Of a DNA stretch of 26,100 nt, positions 22,805 to 26,100 are shown one piece after another; the stretch's first letter is position 1; every line of letters starts with the position of its first letter. The stretch spans positions 1-26,100 of the forward strand of contig NIVC01005109.1 of NCBI GenBank assembly GCA_002269645.1, given 5' to 3'. Below the pieces are notes generated by a model. That model was not told the origin of the DNA. It worked only from the letters and a program-made list of their open reading frames with translations, and did no database searches. This DNA is from Macrostomum lignano (taxonomy: Eukaryota). The translations under genes were made by a program, and so were the position numbers.

Positions 22805-24345
22805 TCAAGAAATGGCTCCATTTCCTGGCCGGCTGCCACAGTGCATCTTGTCACAGTGTCGGCGGCTAGTGGCACAGTGGCACCACGTGCGCCCATCTGT
22901 GCGGTACAAGCGGGTTGCCACTTTGTGCCTGTTAGTGAGATATTTAAAAACGTCCGAGAATGTCCCCTGTGGTATGTCCCCGGCGAACTGGCCAACAAAG
23001 ACGCGGATGGCCGCCATCTTGTGCATGTCCGGCTGAACTCCATGGCGTTTCCTGCCAGACACCATGCAAGCAGCAATTTCGGTCGGCTCAAAAATGCTGC
23101 GTACTAGAACTCGCACTAGAGCCGTCATGTGCGAGTTGTGGCGTGTCGCACAGAATCGATGCGCAGCTCTGTGCACATCGGCCCACGGGGTTGGGTGAGT
23201 GTCACCTTTGGCATCCCTGCCCAGAGAGGTGACTCCTTGACGATCAGCGCCCAAGTCGGCTGTTCTGCGACTGAGTGGGCAGCAGGCTGCGGTTGACCAG
23301 CCACCTGGCCACAGGCATTGCCATCAATAATTCTTTCTACCAGCTGCTTGATCTACTCCATGATGGGCCCTTCGGCTAATGCCTCCTGCTCGGCTTGTTC
23401 AGCACGCTCCCTGGCAGCTGCCATTTGGCGAATTTGCTGCTCGACATCTTCCAGCTGCTGCTCGCTGGTGTCCAAGCGGCAAAGTAGATCACTAATCGCG
23501 CATCCTTGACTCGAATTTTGCCGTTAAGCTCCGCGATGGACGCGTCGCTGGCGCGAAGGTTGTTGTTGTTTCCGGCCAGTCAGTCCGGGGGCGGGTCTGT
23601 GCCCCGACCTCCTTCAAGAAGTCCACCACCTGTCTGCAACTGTCGCTGAGCGCTTGGAAGCTCTGGTTTTGGCCGAGGTGCCGGTTTCTGGCTTGTTGGT
23701 GAGAACGGCATACCTTGATCAGATGCTCCAGGTCCCCATCGGCTTCGCCGCAATGCGGGCACGTTGGGCTGTCGGCTAGGCCGATGCGGTGGCAGTACTG
23801 CTGGAGCAGGGGAGAGTGGCCGGTACGGAGTTGAGCGAGAGAGACCTCGTCTTTTCTGGAGAGCAATCTTTTGGGTCTGGCGCCGTTTCCTGTGGTCAGG
23901 CGGTGCGTGATGCAGTGCGGTTCCGCGCTGTAGTCTGCATTGAAACGGGACTTAGTGGAGCGGTCGATCGCCGCTTTAACCACAGCCAGGCTGAACTCTG
24001 GCGCGAAGGTCGTCGTTGAGCTCGGCGATGGACTCATCCTAGTTCGAAGTTGCCTGTTGAGTTCAACAATCGACGCATCGTCGGTCATGCTGGCGCGAAC
24101 AGCACAGGTGGTCAGGCCGGTACCCTGGCGACTTGTCGGGAGCTCAACGTCGCTGGAGGGGGCGAACTGAAGTGACCGTAGGACGCTGTTAGTGGCCGAC
24201 TTGTCGCGAAAGCCTTCCAGATGATGGTGGCCCGAAGCGAGTCACTTTTGGGGTGACGATCTTGGCCCGGCACCACCTGGACCTTGTTGCCCACTTCAGT
24301 TGGCGCTGGAGCAGGGTGCACTATGCGGACAGTGTGACACTCTCC
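22805..24345 (-). pseudogene. Degenerate non-LTR retrotransposon ORF1-like relic (coiled coil + RRM-like), interrupted by a LINE 3' fragment
   Basis: Frameshifted minus-strand pieces include 14-aa coiled-coil repeats (DASIVELNRQLRTR, DESIAELNDDLRAS, DASIAELNGKIRVK, ...EQQLEDVEQQIRQM), PTW/PWADV motifs and the RRM-like VFVGQFAGDIPQGTFSDVFKYL. No adjoining ORF2 was seen. Confidence 0.55.
23561..23997 (-). mobile_element. 5'-truncated non-LTR retrotransposon (3' end of ORF2), 437 bp with 13-bp TSD
   Basis: Encodes LSRKDEVSLAQLRTGHSPLL...CPHCGEADGDLEHLIKVC (the C-terminal CCHC region of I/R1-group ORF2) and ends in a (CAA)n tail. Flanked by identical CTGGCGCGAAGGT at 23548-23560 and 23998-24010. 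Confidence 0.9.
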
Positions 24346-24747
24346 AGGCGATTGCTCGCCACAATTATCGAATAATAACGTACATCATTGCTCGGCATTA
24401 GCTGTAATGCAGCAGTAGAAAGATTGTAGTTAACCGCTTTACGTACATCCAAAACGCCTACATTAGTCAGGCTAAATTATGTGATCTAATCTATGCAACC
24501 ATAGGCTACGAAGACTAACGCAGTAGCAGCCATCAACAGTTACTAAAATACATTCAATGAAAGTCACTGAAAAGAATGTAGTAAACAAATAAGGCTAACC
24601 AAAAATTAGTCCAGTGTATTGCTGTTTCTAAGTAGCTTATCACTAAGTAGCATGCATCTACATGACTTCAATCACTTCACAGCACCTCCTCAAAGTGATG
24701 GGCATTTAAAGCAGTAGCAGAATTATGAACAAATGATGAGACAACAA

Positions 24748-26040
24748 CTATAACGAAAATTTGTCATATGGTTGCCCCACTTGTTCAGTGGCCCTAAGGG
24801 CTTCACCTTCAGATAGGAAAAAGATCTGGTAACCATTCGGCAACAAAGTAGGCTTACCTTGCACGGCGTAGGGCTCCTGAATGAGGTAAATGTCCATACT
24901 GGTGCCTTCAAGGATACATGCGCAACTTTGGGAATCACCCCGCGTTTCTATTGGCAACACACACATGTAAGTTGCTATTGGCTGAGAGCAGTCACGTGAC
25001 TACTATTCCGTCCAATAGCGACTTACATGTGTGTGTGTGTTGCCAATAGAAACGGCCGAGTGAATCCCAAGGTTGCGCTTAAGCATTCGGTGAGGGCGCT
25101 TAAGGGTGTCGGTGAGGCCACTGGAGGCTGCGACCGCGTGGTGCAGGTTGATCTGCACAATGTGTAGATTAGGAGGTAATATCATCATTGGACCCACCGT
25201 AGGCAGCGTGGCCGGTCCTCTGCATGTGGTGCTCCCAGTCGGCGGAGAGGCCCATGTAGAGCGTTTTCCCGTTGCCATCTTTGGCCGGCACTTGAAGGCC
25301 CGAAGGCCGTCTGCGGCAACTCGGGATGCTTAGCGACCAGACGACCAGATTTTCTCGATTGCTCTGGTACCGAGTAGAAAGCCCTGTACCTCTTACATGG
25401 AGGCGGCGGGCAAGCTTTCTTAATGACCAGCTCCGGGAGCTTCGTCTTGCTAGTACATGCGGTGTTCAGTTGGTCCTCGCTCTTGAAAGCGAGGATGAGA
25501 TTGCCATTAGCGAACCTAATGGATTACTTAGACTTAGCTGCAGGGGGCTCCGTGCGTCCGGAAACAGCGAGGAGGCGTTGCCGCCCATTTCGCTAACCCC
25601 TAGCCACCACGGTAGCTATGCTGCGGTGTCGCGCAGGGAGTTCCGGTGGTGCCGGTGTCCGCAGCGCGGTCCCCCTCTGGAGAGTCCAGGAGGTGGATTG
25701 TCGCTCGTCCGGTAGCCCTTAGGTTAAACCTAAGGGATTGAACCTAATGGATTCAACTTTAACTCCGCCGAGAGCGACGGCGCCTTCCAAGAGCATCGTT
25801 CAGTGACCCCAGTAGCCGCAAGGACACATATTTCTTGTGGGGCTCAGATGCCGTCTTGGCGTAGGAGCCGGCTGTCCCTCTACCCTTGGAGCTCTTCGGG
25901 TCCTCATGGGGGCTGGGGACGCGTTAGCCTCGCAATCATGTTGCGTGATGGTATCACCAAAATCTCCGCAGTGGAGTAGAGTTTCCCCGCTTGGGGTAGC
26001 ATCCGCGGGGATAGTTGCCTCCGAGTTGGAGGTTGAGGGA
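24748..26040 (-). mobile_element. Degenerate non-LTR retrotransposon (R1/LOA-like): ORF1 end plus APE endonuclease N-terminus
   Basis: LHIVQINLHHAVAASSGL (~25170-25115) and ILEGTSMDIYLIQEPY (~24915-24865) are APE motifs. Upstream frameshifted GC-rich sequence (YRAFYSVPE...KHPELP...GKTLYMGL) is ORF1-like. The element breaks off near 24750, with no RT present. Confidence 0.72.
24920..25078. mobile_element. 159-bp near-perfect palindromic MITE-like insertion inside the APE domain
   Basis: Arms GCGCAACTTTGGGAATCAC...CGTTTCTATTGGCAACACACACATGTAAGTTGCTATTGG and their complement fold about a central GTCACGTGAC. It separates two APE motifs that are normally adjacent. Confidence 0.82.
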
Positions 26041-26100
26041 TTATCGGACCCCGGCCGCGTGAGTTGCCGCGTGAGTTCAGAATTTTATATACAAATGTTT

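Noticed and set aside
22373-23509. Plus-strand ORFs as further DMXL exons
   Set aside because: They do not resemble the expected next DMXL segment. The coding signal here lies on the minus strand (ORF1-like relic).
25326-25715. 129-aa plus-strand ORF
   Set aside because: It is antisense to the degenerate retrotransposon ORF1 region and has no recognisable domain.

Overview
Eukaryotic (metazoan) genomic DNA. The GC-rich long exons, minisatellite-filled introns and splice acceptors just upstream of each ATG are reminiscent of a trans-splicing invertebrate such as a free-living flatworm, but the taxon is only inferred. There are two divergent gene pairs. On the minus strand, RPS27A (ubiquitin-S27a, 3632-4099) is followed by a two-exon RPL14 (2100-2453 + 1456-1572). 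On the plus strand, a compact two-exon CWC21/SRRM2-type splicing factor (16185-16423 + 17980-18535) is followed by exon 1 of DMXL/Rabconnectin-3A (20912-21824). Six homogeneous minisatellite arrays sit in introns and gene-flanking spacers. The 12-kb AT-rich centre contains a young Mutator/Foldback-like element (7635-8450, 9-bp TSD), a 105-bp MITE and older decayed TIR elements. It is almost free of CpG in two sharply bounded domains, and a degenerate 16-bp array there shows transitions concentrated at CG and CHG sites. DMXL intron 1 holds nested antisense non-LTR retrotransposon relics, including a 437-bp LINE 3' end with a 13-bp TSD whose removal restores a coiled-coil reading frame.
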